Of a stretch of 64,000 nucleotides of DNA, positions 1 through 12,911 are shown one piece after another. Source of the DNA: Octopus sinensis (Eukaryota); NCBI RefSeq assembly GCF_006345805.1, contig NC_043015.1, positions 6,138,001 to 6,202,000 of the forward strand. Reading direction: 5' to 3'. The position numbers and the translations under genes are program-made. The notes beneath the pieces were generated by a model. The model made no database searches. It saw only the letters and a program-made list of their open reading frames with translations, and was not told the DNA's origin. Each line of letters begins with the position of its first letter. The first letter of the stretch is position 1.

Positions 1-134
1 GTGGTAGTAGTAGAAGTCGTAGTAGTAGTAGTATTTGTAGTTTTAGTAGTAGTGGTGTTGGCCTTGTTGATGTTGGTAGTGGTAATATTAGTAGTGGTGG
101 TGGTGGTGGTGGTAGTAGTAGTAGTACTAGCAGT

Positions 135-195
<61 letters not shown>

Positions 196-220
196 CCACC
201 AGCAGCAACAACAGCAACAG
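1..220. repeat. Compound trinucleotide microsatellite (GTA/GTG/GCA)n
   Basis: Directly visible; explains the poly-Val/Ala ORF 1..345. Confidence 0.9.
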
Positions 221-554
221 CGGTTATGCTATCGCCACTTATTTTCGAGTATCTCAGAAATAGCATAACTCAGCAGATTATTTCTGAAACACGAAGGCAT
301 GTAATTATGGTATGCTATGATTTCAAAAGCTTTCTAAATCTATGAAATAACTGGCATTTCGATATTCTTGCCTCTCAGGAGATTCATAGCATGTAAGAGT
401 GTTTTAAAATAGATGTAATTTTCTTCGTTAAAAACAAAGAAAGACCTCATGAAATTAATATTCCCAATCAAATTATAACGTGATTACATTCAAGGTTTAG
501 CATTCATATACCTATCTAACAAAGGACATAGTTTGTGTGTATCTATATATATAA

Positions 555-910
555 GGCGCAGAGTGGCTGTGTTGTATGTAGCTTGCTTACCAACCACATT
601 GTCCCGGGTTCATTCCCACTGCGTGGCAACTTCGGCAAGTATCTTCTACTATAGCTTCGGGCCGACCAAAGCCTTGTGGGTGGATTTGGTAGACGGAAAC
701 TGAAAGAAGCCCGTCGTATATATGTATGTATATGTGTCTGTGTTTGTCCCCCAGCATCGCTTGACAGCTGATGATGGTGTGTCCACGTCCCCGCTACTTA
801 GCAGTTCGATAAAAGAACCAGATAGAATAAATCCTGGTGTCGATTTGCTCGACTAAAGGCGGGGCTCCAGCATGGCCGCAGTCAAAATGACAGGAACAAG
901 TAAAAGAGTA
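555..910 (+). mobile_element. tRNA-derived SINE family A, near full length
   Basis: Head GGCGCAGAGTGGCTGTGTTG...GGTTCATTCC (A/B-box-like), internal TA/TG tract, tail GGCGGGGCTCCAGCATGGCCGCAGTCAAAATGACAGGAACAAGTAAAAGAG; homologous to 33475, 48232, 54126. Confidence 0.9.
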
Positions 911-1244
911 ATATGTGTGTGTGTGTCATAAATTCTTTATCTGATGAAAGTTGTAATGACAGCATTTCCTATCATGCTGCGCAAAACTGAAACGTACGTA
1001 TTAAATTGTTTCAAAATAACAGTATTTGGCTTGATTTCATTATTTCAGCTTGTATATGTGGTGTGTGTATATATGCATACACTTTATATACACACATATA
1101 GACACATATACACATAGATATGCACACATACTGAGATGTATTAAGTGTTACATACAGATTGTATAGTGTAAAAATTTAACCCATAATCATGCAGTATGTA
1201 TTTATCAGCAATTAAGATGTGTTCTTGTAATCGCTGAAAAATAT

Positions 1245-1352
1245 TCTTTTCTACTATAAGCCCAAGGCCCGAAATTTTGTAGGAGGGCGCCAGTCAATTA
1301 GATCTACTCCAGTACACAACTGGTACTTAATTTATCGACCTCGGTGGAATCG
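1245..1352 (-). mobile_element. SINE family B 3' fragment
   Basis: CTGGTACTTAATTTATCGACCTCGG shared with family B copies. Confidence 0.7.
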
Positions 1353-1573
1353 TTTAAAAATATTATCATCTGCACTCAATATATTGTCATTTAAATGAGT
1401 GGAGTAATGATGGTTAACAACATTACTCACTCACTTAAAACAGTTTGTAATGAATTAAAGTAAATTACAAATTAATTTAATGCATGTTTAATGAAATTCC
1501 TTGGAACTTGATAGCAATCCACTATAAATAGTGCCATCAAAACACTATGATAACATTATATATATTTTGTAAA

Positions 1574-1790
1574 GGGCGAGCCGGCTGAATCGTTAGCATG
1601 CCGAGCGTTAATGCCTAGCAGTATTTCTCTGCTGCTATGTTCTTAGTTCAAATTACACCGACGTCGACATTGCTTTTCATCTTTTCGGGTTAATGAAATA
1701 AATACCAGTTACGCACTGGGGTCGATGTAATCGACTATCTCCCTTCCCCCTAAATTTTCAAGGACTTGTGCATAGAGTAGAAATAATTAT
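1574..1790 (+). mobile_element. SINE family B (tRNA head + Meta-domain-like core)
   Basis: GGCGAGCCGGCTGAATCGTTAGC...GTTCAAAT...GTCGACATTGCTTTTCATCTTTTCGGG...TACCAGTT; core resembles the MetaSINE domain as recalled. Confidence 0.8.
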
Positions 1791-2954
1791 GTATATTTTG
1801 TGACGTGACACAGCATTAATAATTTATATCTTGCAATTCACTTGACGATGAAACTATTTTGAAACCTTATTAAATTTAAATTTAAAACGTTGCACATTTC
1901 AAACTGTAGAAACGTCATCCTATTTATTCTTCATATTGAAATACAATCTAGTCTTTATTTTTGTTCTTTAAATTGTGTATATATATATATATTTGCGTAA
2001 TGCATTTATGTACTACTCAATATTTCAATGTCTTACCCGTTTGGATTTGCAATGACATTCTCCTGTTGTTACCTAGATTCTTTGCTGTAGAAAGTGGTGA
2101 CGGTGATGTAAATATATATCTATGTATGCTTTGCACGCCCGCGTACACCCTCCCTCATCCACAAACATGAAATAAATGATAGAGAGGCAGACAGCAGACA
2201 AACAGAAAGACCGAGAGTATGTCCGACAGAGAAGAACGGAAGAATGAATGAGGAAGACTGCGCTGCAAGGTTGAGACCACAGACAAAAACAAGCAGAACA
2301 AGTAGTTATAATAACAACTAGAGATTCACATTGACTGCTCACGGGGTTTCACATTTTATAAGGTGACATAATTTCAGCTGATTTGAATAACGACAATATA
2401 TTTTTTTTCTTTGCATTTCCGCTTTGTCAGTGAAACGAAATGTAATTGTTTTTATATCACTATTTTCTACACAGAACGGTGACTTTCAAACATATGGCTA
2501 GACATTAACTAGTATCTAATACTTGCACATTTTCAGGTTACAGATTTAATGAGAACATCCTCTCCCCAACGCCAGCTTGTTTACGCTTAGTCATGGAAGA
2601 CTAATGTTTAAATCATAGCTACAAACGCCAGCAAACTTGAATTTGTTTTATAGCATGTACCGTTTCGTTGATTTCCATTCGTATTTTTCATAAGATTACA
2701 CTAATTATTGATGGTGGTCATCACCGTTGAATTTCTTTGACACAACAGAAGTCAATTATACTGCTGAGTTGGAAAGTCAATTCTACACAGTGTTTCATTG
2801 ATCGAGCGAGAAGCAAGCAACAACAACATTAAAGCTCTCAGAAGCTATACCTGAAATGACAGGCGCTGGCATAGCCGTGCTGTTACTAAGCTCGAATTGC
2901 AGCTAAATGCTTTCTGGGTTAGTTCAGTCACACTGCACAGCACATTGAAAAACT

Positions 2955-3135
2955 ACAGTTCTATATTTAAGAGATGATGAATTATGTACATTATTTATAT
3001 TATTTACATTCTACAGATATTTGTCCTCATCTTGTTTGTTGTTAACGCGTTTTCACCGATATACCTTCCAGCCTTCTTTAGGTGTCTTGGGAAAATTTCG
3101 AAACTGGGTTCTCATTCCTAAAGTATTTTCGATGC

Positions 3136-3199
<64 letters not shown>

Positions 3200-3333
3200 A
3201 CTATTATTACTATTATTATTATCATTGTTATTGTTGCTGTTGTTGTTGCTGTTTTTGTTGTTGTTACTGTACAGGTCACTGCTTGGAATCGAACTCGGAA
3301 TCTTGGGGTTAGTAGCTCGCGCTCTTAACCACT
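2955..3333 (-). mobile_element. SINE family D (tRNA-like head, AAT/AAC tract, Penelope-like tail)
   Basis: Reverse strand reads AGTGGTTAAGAGCGCGAGCTACTAACCCCAAGATTCCGAGTTCGATTCC (A and B box), then a microsatellite, then a tail matching 3410-3552. Confidence 0.8.
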
Positions 3334-3552
3334 GTTTAAGAGCGCAGGCTACTAACCTGAAGCTGTGACCTGAACAGTAATATTAATAACAACAACAACA
3401 ACAACAACAACATCGGAAAATACCTTAGGAATAAGAACCCATGTTCGAAAATTTCCCAAGACACCTGAAGAAGGCTGGAGGGTATATCAGCCGAAACGTG
3501 TTAACAACAAACAAGATGAGGACAAATATCCGTCAAATGTAAATAGTGTACA
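3334..3552 (+). mobile_element. SINE family D, second inverted copy with internally deleted head
   Basis: TTAAGAGCGCAGGCTACTAACC...(AAC)n...GACACCTGAAGAAGGCTGG...GAGGACAAATATCCGTC; reverse complement of most of the left copy. Confidence 0.8.
3460..3502 (+). ncRNA. Minimal type I hammerhead ribozyme-like motif (degenerate at cleavage site)
   Basis: GACAC-CUGAAGA-A-GGCUG(loop)CAGCC-GAA-ACGU-GUU: CUGANGA core, 5-bp stem II, GAAA, palindromic stem III. Confidence 0.6.
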
Positions 3553-3774
3553 TTGAGCAAATGATTCCTACTATAGCCCCGAGTCGACCAATTTATTGAG
3601 TGTGCATTTGGAAACTACTTCATAGTGCAATCGCAGAGTCAGAGTCTGTGCTTGTAAATCCACATGAGTAGTGATGCAACGTTCGATGTAAATATTACCG
3701 AGATGGCAACAATGTGCAGGTTAGTGGCTTATTAAATTCTGAGATAATTCAGACTAAAAAAAAATAACATGCTG

Positions 3775-4370
3775 TTTCTATGGAGACCATTCATTCACAG
3801 ACGCTAGGGCTACTACCCCAACTGTGGTATCCGCATAGCGTAAAAGTAACAGTGGTACTCGAAGCAATGCTTCACCATTACATAAAGATACGTGACTCGT
3901 TTGGTGCAACAAAGTGCTACAAGGAGAGGTTACAGAAACCGAGGACCTACTCTCCATAGACAAGATATGCACTGAGATACTTATGGTAGGTCCTGGAATG
4001 AATAGGAGCCGAACTTGGAACTGAACTCTACGCCAAAAACTGAACTGAACGGCACAGTATAGCACAAAAATCCTATCTTTTGCATCAAGAATAAGGACCC
4101 AGTATTGTAATACCTTAAGGTCAAAGGGCCTAAAAACTTATAACATTCTATCAAAAATCTTCAGAGATCTACGAAATTAGATGTGGAGGCTTTCAAGGAA
4201 TGATTCGACAGGTACTTATCTGAGATACAAGATCAAGAAACATCATTGCCGGGGAAAGAGAGAAGAACAACTACGCCCAGGACACCACTTCATTGAGAAC
4301 TACACCAATTACAAGCGGTATTCCAGTATGAACTCAGATTCTGGCTCAAACCAGTAAAAGACTAAAGAAG
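3775..4370 (+). mobile_element. Decayed CR1-like LINE 3' end (RT C-terminal region + tail)
   Basis: Frameshifted peptides QLWYPH, YKERLQK, RIRTQYCNTL, VEAFKE*FDRYLSEIQDQ, similar to the 31132 fragment and to CR1-clade ORF2 C-termini. Confidence 0.7.
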
Positions 4371-4438
4371 AATTTTTTAAAAAAATGAATATGTGAGTGT
4401 GAGAGGTGTGTTTGCTTTTGTGACTGGCCAACCCTCTC

Positions 4439-4477
<39 letters not shown>

Positions 4478-4939
4478 CAGTTGACAACGCGTATTTTGTT
4501 TACGTCCTATAATTTAGCGGTGCTTCAGAATGGCCGCAGACTCAAACGTGTAAACGAGACACAGTAAAGTTATATTCAGTTACATTTGCTATGATTAGTG
4601 ATGTGATTAGTGATGTGATTCCTCCGGCACAGTCAAACTTCACAGCACGCTATGGAACAGATGTATTTTTAAGGTGATTGTTACATCGCATATCTGAGGA
4701 CATTCTAAAAATATCAATTGATTTACATAATTTTTTACTATTTTAAATATGCCAAGTCACCTCAGAGAGACGGTCAAAATAGATCTTCTGAAATATAGAG
4801 TGAGAAATGACTGTATGATACGATGGACATGATTGGTATTATACATTATGCAGATTTAATTAATTAATATACAAAATAAGTACAGCAAGTTATAAATGTA
4901 ACTCAATAGAAGCAATGATAAATTACTAAAACTGTACAA

Positions 4940-5192
4940 GTATATATATATATATATATATATATATTAATTACAAATGCATATATTTATATATAATATA
5001 TATATATATATATATATGTGTATATATATGTATATGTATATATGCATATGCATATATATTTATGCACATATACACATGCGTCTAAATATTGGTATATGCA
5101 TGCATACTATATATGTATATGGATGTATATATATATATATATATCCATATATATATATACGTATATATATATATATATATACATAATATATA

Positions 5193-5236
<44 letters not shown>

Positions 5237-5320
5237 TATACATACATATATATATATATATATGTATATAATATATATATATATATACATATATATTATA
5301 CATATATATATTATATATAT

Positions 5321-5351
<31 letters not shown>

Positions 5352-5358
5352 CATATAT

Positions 5359-5412
<54 letters not shown>

Positions 5413-5420
5413 ATATAAAT
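4940..5420. repeat. Long interrupted (TA)n microsatellite
   Basis: Directly visible. Confidence 0.95.
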
Positions 5421-5739
5421 TAAAATATACCGCATAATTCTAAATATTTTAATCAATATTCTGAATGCAGACATTAATTTCCTAACATTTAAACAACAAT
5501 GAAAATTTCGAATTGTGTGGTGCAATAGGGTGGAGAGATTGTTAAATAGAAATTATAGAAGTGATAGTAGCATTACGGTATTTAATGAATGTATATTGAT
5601 TTCTCACTTAAGGACACGGCTGAATATTTATGGAGAGGGGTCAGGTCGAGTGACTAAATAAAATGCTAACGTCGAATGCCTATTATATTATTAAAGAGTT
5701 CTAATGATATATCAATTAACTGTATTGCTCTTACACTGG

Positions 5740-5758
5740 CATATACCATACATGCATG

Positions 5759-5815
<57 letters not shown>

Positions 5816-5873
5816 ATAATATAATATATGATATATATAATGTATATATATGTATAATATATATATAATGATA

Positions 5874-5918
<45 letters not shown>

Positions 5919-6201
5919 ATATATATACATATATCTCTATATATCTGTATCTATCTATATGTCTATCTAACTATCAATCAATGTATATACATATGCGTAT
6001 ACGTATCCTTCTATTTGTCTGTACGTGTGCGTGTGTGTATGAGTGCGTGAAAGCTAGGTGCTTAATGAATACGGATGTATTGTATACAATGATTGTGCAT
6101 CATCATATGATGCACCCCATGCACATATACATGATCATACATGATATATAAAAGGGAGAATTAATTTGAGAGAGGCACACTTATACAAGCAAAACATTTC
6201 T

Positions 6202-6242
<41 letters not shown>

Positions 6243-6342
6243 CATCTCTGTGTTGTATATATATATTATATATATATATATATATAATATATATATATAT
6301 ATATTATATATATATTATATATATATAATGGGATATATATCT

Positions 6343-6389
<47 letters not shown>

Positions 6390-6590
6390 ATATATATAAT
6401 ATATATATATATATAAATGTACTATTCTGTACGTGTGTGTGTGTTGATACGGTTGGCCAATCACAAAACAAACACACTCACACACTCACATATTCATTTT
6501 TTTTTAAATTCTCTCCGTCTGTGTATATATATATATATTATATATATTTATATATATATAATATATATATATATATACATACATACACAC
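5740..6590. repeat. Cluster of (TA)n, (TC)n and (CA)n microsatellites
   Basis: Directly visible. Confidence 0.85.
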
Positions 6591-6963
6591 ATAAGGAGAG
6601 TTGGAGACACATATTTGTTCCGTTCAGCAGCGTATGTTTCAATGCATGTGAGAGTTTATTGTGGAATTAACTTCGTGGAGAGGAGCCTATTGTGATTTTT
6701 TTTTTGTAATATCCTCTAACTCATACTAATTAATCACAAATAAGATACTAATAAACTCACGTAACTAATTACAGTGCTACATAGAGTTCATTGCCCTGGA
6801 GTTTATGTCTGACTGTGTCATGGCGACAATGACTCCGTTCAAATTAAATGAATTTCGTACACTATGCATATGTGTATTATATAATATATATACTATATAT
6901 ATATATGTGCATATGTGTACGTATACTAAAGTAAGCACACCACAATATATATGTATGATATAA

Positions 6964-7046
<83 letters not shown>

Positions 7047-7221
7047 CAACAATATTAAGTTTGAGTTTAGCTGCTCTTTCTAGTGGGTCGAATGGCCTAT
7101 CAAGGCCATTCCTTAATATTGTTGAATGTATATTATAATAGTCTGTTGACTATTTTTTCTTTGTCACTGGTGGCGAAAAATTTCTCTGAATTTTTTGCTA
7201 CCCGATATTGATTAATATATT

Positions 7222-7268
<47 letters not shown>

Positions 7269-7894
7269 ATTAATATATATATATATATGAGTTTTGAAAA
7301 TGCTTCGGTATAATTTATTCACCATTTCTCATGTTACATTAAACTAATAGGAATCGTGAGAAATTTCCCATGAGAATCAAATAATACAACTACTTGATTC
7401 TCTGTCAGAAGAACATATAAATTCTTACGTTTTTTCTTTTTCAAAAATGTGCAACATATTGATGTCTATTAGCAAATGAAATATCTGTAAACAGGACCCC
7501 AAAAAGTGTTCTAACCTCCTTTCTTTTATATAGCTATGCAAGCAACTTTTCTAGAATTTTCGTCTCCAATATGGAACTTACATCAATGCAACAACGACAA
7601 CAAATACATACTACATTGTTATACATCAAGAAGCAGATGTGATTCAAAAGGTCACGGCTTGGGTTATACGCCACCTACCTATGTTTGTGTGTGAGTGTTT
7701 GTGAAGACATACAGTCATATATATATATATTGTCAATAATAATAAGGGTAAAATTAATTAATTAATTAGTAATTAATAATTTTACCAACCGGTGTTCAGT
7801 ATGTAAAAGGACCATTTACGGCAAATATAAACATTACTTTATATAATTAGGGTTCAGCAAAAAAGAATTGCTCTACCACACACCGAACTAATGT

Positions 7895-7923
7895 TTATAT
7901 ATATATAATATATATATATATAG

Positions 7924-7956
<33 letters not shown>

Positions 7957-7973
7957 ATATATATATAATATAT

Positions 7974-8004
<31 letters not shown>

Positions 8005-8059
8005 CTATATATATATATATACATATATATATATACATATATATATAATTATATACATA

Positions 8060-8112
<53 letters not shown>

Positions 8113-8115
8113 TAT

Positions 8116-8205
<90 letters not shown>

Positions 8206-8260
8206 TATACATATATATAATATATATATATATATATACTTATATATATATATATATCAG
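7895..8260. repeat. Long interrupted (TA)n microsatellite
   Basis: Directly visible. Confidence 0.95.
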
Positions 8261-8312
8261 AAATATAGAATTTCTAAATATCTCATACAGATATGTACGG
8301 TGGTGGAGCGAG

Positions 8313-8469
8313 AGAGTGGTTGTATACTGTCAACTTAACGTGACAGTCATGTAAGGGAATTACACCGCTGTTTAGCCCTAGTAAGCATCGACGCTTCCTA
8401 GGGCTAAACAGTGGTGATGTAATTCCTTTACAGGACTGTCACGTTAAGTTGAGAGTATACAACCACTCT
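8313..8469. mobile_element. Fold-back palindrome / MITE-like element (~75-bp arms, ~6-nt loop)
   Basis: AGAGTGGTTGTATACTGTCAACTTAACGTGACAGTC...AAGC atcgac GCTT...GACTGTCACGTTAAGTTGAGAGTATACAACCACTCT. Confidence 0.8.
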
Positions 8470-11424
8470 ATATATACATATAAACCTTCACACCGTATTC
8501 CCAATATTACTTTGATAATCACTTCATATATTCCGTATCGGTGCTGCTTTTGGTATTGCATTTGGTTGCAATTTTCTTGTTGCCCTATCTCGTTATTTCT
8601 AGATTCTAAATGAGGAGATTCATTCACATGTTTATAAACACACACTCAATCACATACACACGAAAAGGAAAACCTAAAACCTGCACATTAAAAGCGATAG
8701 AGAAATACTCATTTGGATGTCTGTTTGTGTACGTACGCTTCATTTGTATATTAACTTGGATCAGTGTTGTCAATCGATTTCAATACCGTTTTCTTCTACA
8801 TCTTATCTGAACTGACATACTATATTATTGGCAACACATAGGACAAGACTTAACTCAGTTTCCTGATCTGCTCTTGCATATATTAACGTATCTTATTCTG
8901 ATTTAAAAATCAGTCTGAGTTCAGCATTCCGCTATATTCTCTCAGGAATCGATAAAAATAATATCGGTCCATTTCAGTGAACACACTCGGTTATACATTT
9001 ATACAGCTCTGCCTAAAGATAAACCGTTGCGGCATTATAAATAAATCCATATTGACATCATATAGAAGGCAAACAAAAACAAACTTAGCGTTTCAATTTA
9101 AAGTATTCAAATATGTACCAGCCCATGAGGAAGTTTAAAGATTTAATGAGAATGGAGAAAAAGATCAACGTTATTCCATTTAGGATGTATTATCGAAAGA
9201 GGGTATCAGAGGCGGAAGGTCTAGTGATTAGAAATAGCAACCAATTCTTCTTGAAATTACACACTCTTTTCTGAGTGGAAAGGAGAGGGATATCTATTTG
9301 ATATTCTTATCCTCGGTGTACAAAGTTTGAGAGGGACTTCAAATGAGCATGATTACCTTTGTTGTAAGTTCCCATTCAAGAATAATTTGGAGCAAGAAAC
9401 AAACAAACCAAATTATTGATAAATCTTGTATATAAAAATTTCTAAATAGATTTTTGACTTCTAGGGAAGCCCTTATCGAGCAGGTATATCATCAAAAGAT
9501 TTGCAACTGTGAACATCCTTTTGGTTTACTGTATCATGCTCTAGATTAGTAAATGTATGCAAAAGTGTTTGATAATGCAAAATGCGTTTCGTATTCCAGC
9601 AGTTATTTTTGTTATTTTCATGAATTGTAAAGTTTCATGAAATGAATTTCGACACGTCTTTAATACCGAGTTATTCGTAAATATTTGAGAAAACCTAAGA
9701 TGTGTGAAGCAATATAAACAACATATTGTTAAATTTACTCATAATTACTATTTGCTTTTTTAACTTAAAAAAAAGTTTTTCTTTATAATTTTATATACAT
9801 TGGACCAGTATCGTTCCGTGTATCCAAAGAAAAGAAATCAAGTGAAGCCATAAAAATTTTTATGTATTTTTGGAATAGACAGTTTCTTTCCAGATGTTTT
9901 TAGAAGAAAATTCTGTTTTGTTCTATTCGGCTGAAATATGTTGAATACATACAAATAGAAGAACCTACACCCAAACATGAATAAGTAGGAGTATCTAAAA
10001 CAGCTTTTCAGGAAATATTGACGAACAATGACCAGTGGCCAAAAGGCAAGTAAACACCTAACAGACAAGAGTTTGAGACGTAATCTGCCGTCAAATGGTA
10101 AGGGGCCCAGAGGTGTGTTTGTAAGGCCTAATTAACTTGGAAAGTAATAATGGGACAACAGAATATAGTACAGACTGGGTAATTCGGTGGCGATCGTCAC
10201 AAGAACACGAGATGATAGAAAAGCGAAAGTGTGATAGGGCACACATTGCCAAAAAAAAAAAAAGAAAGTGGGACGTGAACGCTTTGGAAAACTGCTTGGA
10301 CGTCAGTCCTTAAACTCTGATATATAGAAGTTTAGTAATCTACACAGATCATGATGGAGAGTGTGTTGATAATAATAATGATGGTATAAGTATATATATA
10401 TATATATGTACCTACCTACATACATACATGTTTATCAGTGTGTATACAAAAGTTTATGAATGTGTATGAGTGTGTATACATATCCATATGTACATATGGA
10501 TATGTACGTTTGTATGTGTGTGGGTACTTGGGTGTATGTATGTGAGTTCGTCTACTTCTCTGCATGTGTATATAATTATTGCGCAATGTACGATCAAGAC
10601 ACATAAATATCAGTTGTTCTCTGCGACATTAACAATAAAGGATGTTAAGTGCAATTTCCTCCTTGTACTCGCTTATTCCTCTGTATACTTTCTCTATTAT
10701 TATTATTATTGTTGTCATTCTTCTTCGTCCTCCCCCTCATCTCATTCCGTTTTTTTTTTTAGTTTCACTCATTATTATTGTTGGTGTTGTTGTGGTTATC
10801 GGGGCTTTGTGTATACTTTGCTTGTCTTCTTTATTTCCTAGCTCTTTTATGTACAACATTAACGTCAACAACGATTGCTTATACGCTCGGTGCTCACTTG
10901 GTATATAACGCAATCTCTCCACATTCTATAATGAATAAGAAGTAGGTCAGATCGAACTAAATAAAGCAGAACAATTTTAATTAATCCATTATGTTTAATC
11001 AGTATATGTCAAAACATATTAGCTTTAACTTTTTCAATCAGAAGAAAGCTAAATTGATTTTGTTTTTCCTTTTATATATTATATATTCTTCGCTATTGTC
11101 TCTGGTATTCTCTCTCACCCCCCACTCCCTCCCCCCGCTCGATTTCTGTTTACTTATTTTTATGTTTTGTATTTTTATTCCTGTATTTTGCTTTATTTAT
11201 TCTGCTCTTTGCACCATCCACCTCTGTAAACAGGGATAAACTTTCAACAGACATCCTCTGTCTAGTGAAGAGTCGTTAAGCTGATGCGTTTTTCGTGTTT
11301 ACCGTGTACTTGTTAATTCGTTCAGTAAAATAGTTCTTCAGAGCTTTCAAGAGTTTTTACTATTTTCTTTCTTTCGATAGCTGTCTTACCATCCTATTTG
11401 TATAATTCTTATACATAAATACAT

Positions 11425-11475
11425 ATAAATATATATATATATATACATACATACATACATACATACATACATACA

Positions 11476-11511
<36 letters not shown>

Positions 11512-11515
11512 TATC
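11425..11515. repeat. (TA)n(TACA)n microsatellite
   Basis: Directly visible. Confidence 0.9.
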
Positions 11516-12299
11516 ACTTTTTGTTTGTTTTTGCTTTCTTCCATCTTAGCTTACTCCATATATGTCTGCAGGAAAAATATAATTGACAATAAAGACTTGA
11601 AGCAGTATAGAAGTGGATTACTAAATAAATGGAAAGCAACACTTAACTGCAACAAACTAAAAAGTAAAAAAATAAACAGCAAAAAGAAAAACACACGGAT
11701 ATTTGTCGTAGTTATTTACAAAATATAAATAAACAAGTTAAAACTAACATTTATAAAATATATCATTATATATTATAAATATACCCTCACACATACGCGC
11801 ATACGGATACATATATATATATAACTCATACTATTAATGGAAATATGACTCAAAGTGCCCGTAATTACCATTTTCATTATATTTAATGTTATGTATTACT
11901 AAGCTTATACTAAAAGCAATTCAGTTAATTGGCATCGCGTCATCCCAATGTAAATTGTTTGGATCAGAATGAACGTCACTGCATCACATCTTGCATTGTG
12001 TGATCCTTTCTGTTTAAGACAATAATGAGTAATAAGAGTTGTTCATATAGACATGATGCGTTTGACAATCTCTATTTCTGTGACACAAACACAGCTGTAC
12101 ACAGGTAGCCATATACACACAAAGATACTTGTACACACACATTTTGCTACCCATTGAATACTTCGTCAAACTGTCTAGAAAGTTTCTCCTTCTTACGATA
12201 TATACTTCTATATTTGGGAATATACCTGAGGTAAATACAAATGACCAGTTTCGTTGAGCCGAAGAATGCCATTACAACATCTTTTGCTATACTAACCAT

Positions 12300-12575
12300 A
12301 CTCAGGAGCGATCAAATTTCCTCCCGACTGATAATTTTATGATGCCGTTTTCTCCGAATTCCGTGCCTTACATATCGTATATGTAACGCCACCCATCCAC
12401 TGAACGGGTTGCCGGTCCGACTCAAGATTGTTCATTTTTCCAAGCTGATTGGAACATGAGGTAGGTGAAATGAGATGTTTTACTCCATATCACAAGGCAT
12501 CACTTTCTAAACTGAAATCGCAATCTCAGGATCCTGAATGCAATATTAAACTAACCGCTGAACGACACATCTCCA
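12300..12575 (-). mobile_element. Possible old, highly diverged tRNA-SINE relic
   Basis: Weak resemblance to SINE head/core on the reverse strand (GAAATGAGATGTTTTACTC...CACAAGGCA; GGGTTGCCGGTCC). Confidence 0.35.
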
Positions 12576-12678
12576 TATTTACCGTAACGCTCAAAAAATA
12601 GAAAACTCCATTTACCCATATATACTATAACTCAAGTAAATTCCCTGTTGTTGTTATTGCTGTTGTTTTCTGCATATA

Positions 12679-12911
12679 GGGCGGTGAGCTGGCAGAATCG
12701 TTAGCACGCCGGGCGAAATGCGTAGTCGTATTTCGTCTGCCGTTAAGTTCTGAGTTCAAATTCCGCCGAGGTTGACTTTGCCTTTCATCCTTTCGGGGTC
12801 GATAAATTAAGTACCAGTTACGCACTGGGGATCGACGTAATCGACTTAATCCGGTTGTCTGTTCTTGTTTGTCCTCTATGTGTTTAGCCCCTTGTGGGTA
12901 GTAAAGAAATA
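12679..12911 (+). mobile_element. SINE family B, full length, young
   Basis: Complete head-core-tail; 15-bp TSD TGTTGTTTTCTGCAT at 12661 and 12912. Confidence 0.92.

Larger units (their letters stand above)
2862..3620 (+). mobile_element. Old SINE family A copy split in two (2862-2948 and 3553-3620) by the family D inverted pair
   Basis: Left CACTGCACAGCACATTG continues on the right as (ACAT)TGAGCAAATGATTCCTACTATAGCCCCGAGTCGACC, collinear with the family A head. Confidence 0.6.

Noticed and set aside
1-345. 114-aa poly-Val/Ala ORF
   Set aside because: Translation of a trinucleotide microsatellite
4977-7052. Many YIYI-rich ORFs (also at 19-23 kb, 30-31 kb, 42-46 kb, 52-53 kb, 59-61 kb)
   Set aside because: Stop-free dinucleotide/tetranucleotide repeats, not genes
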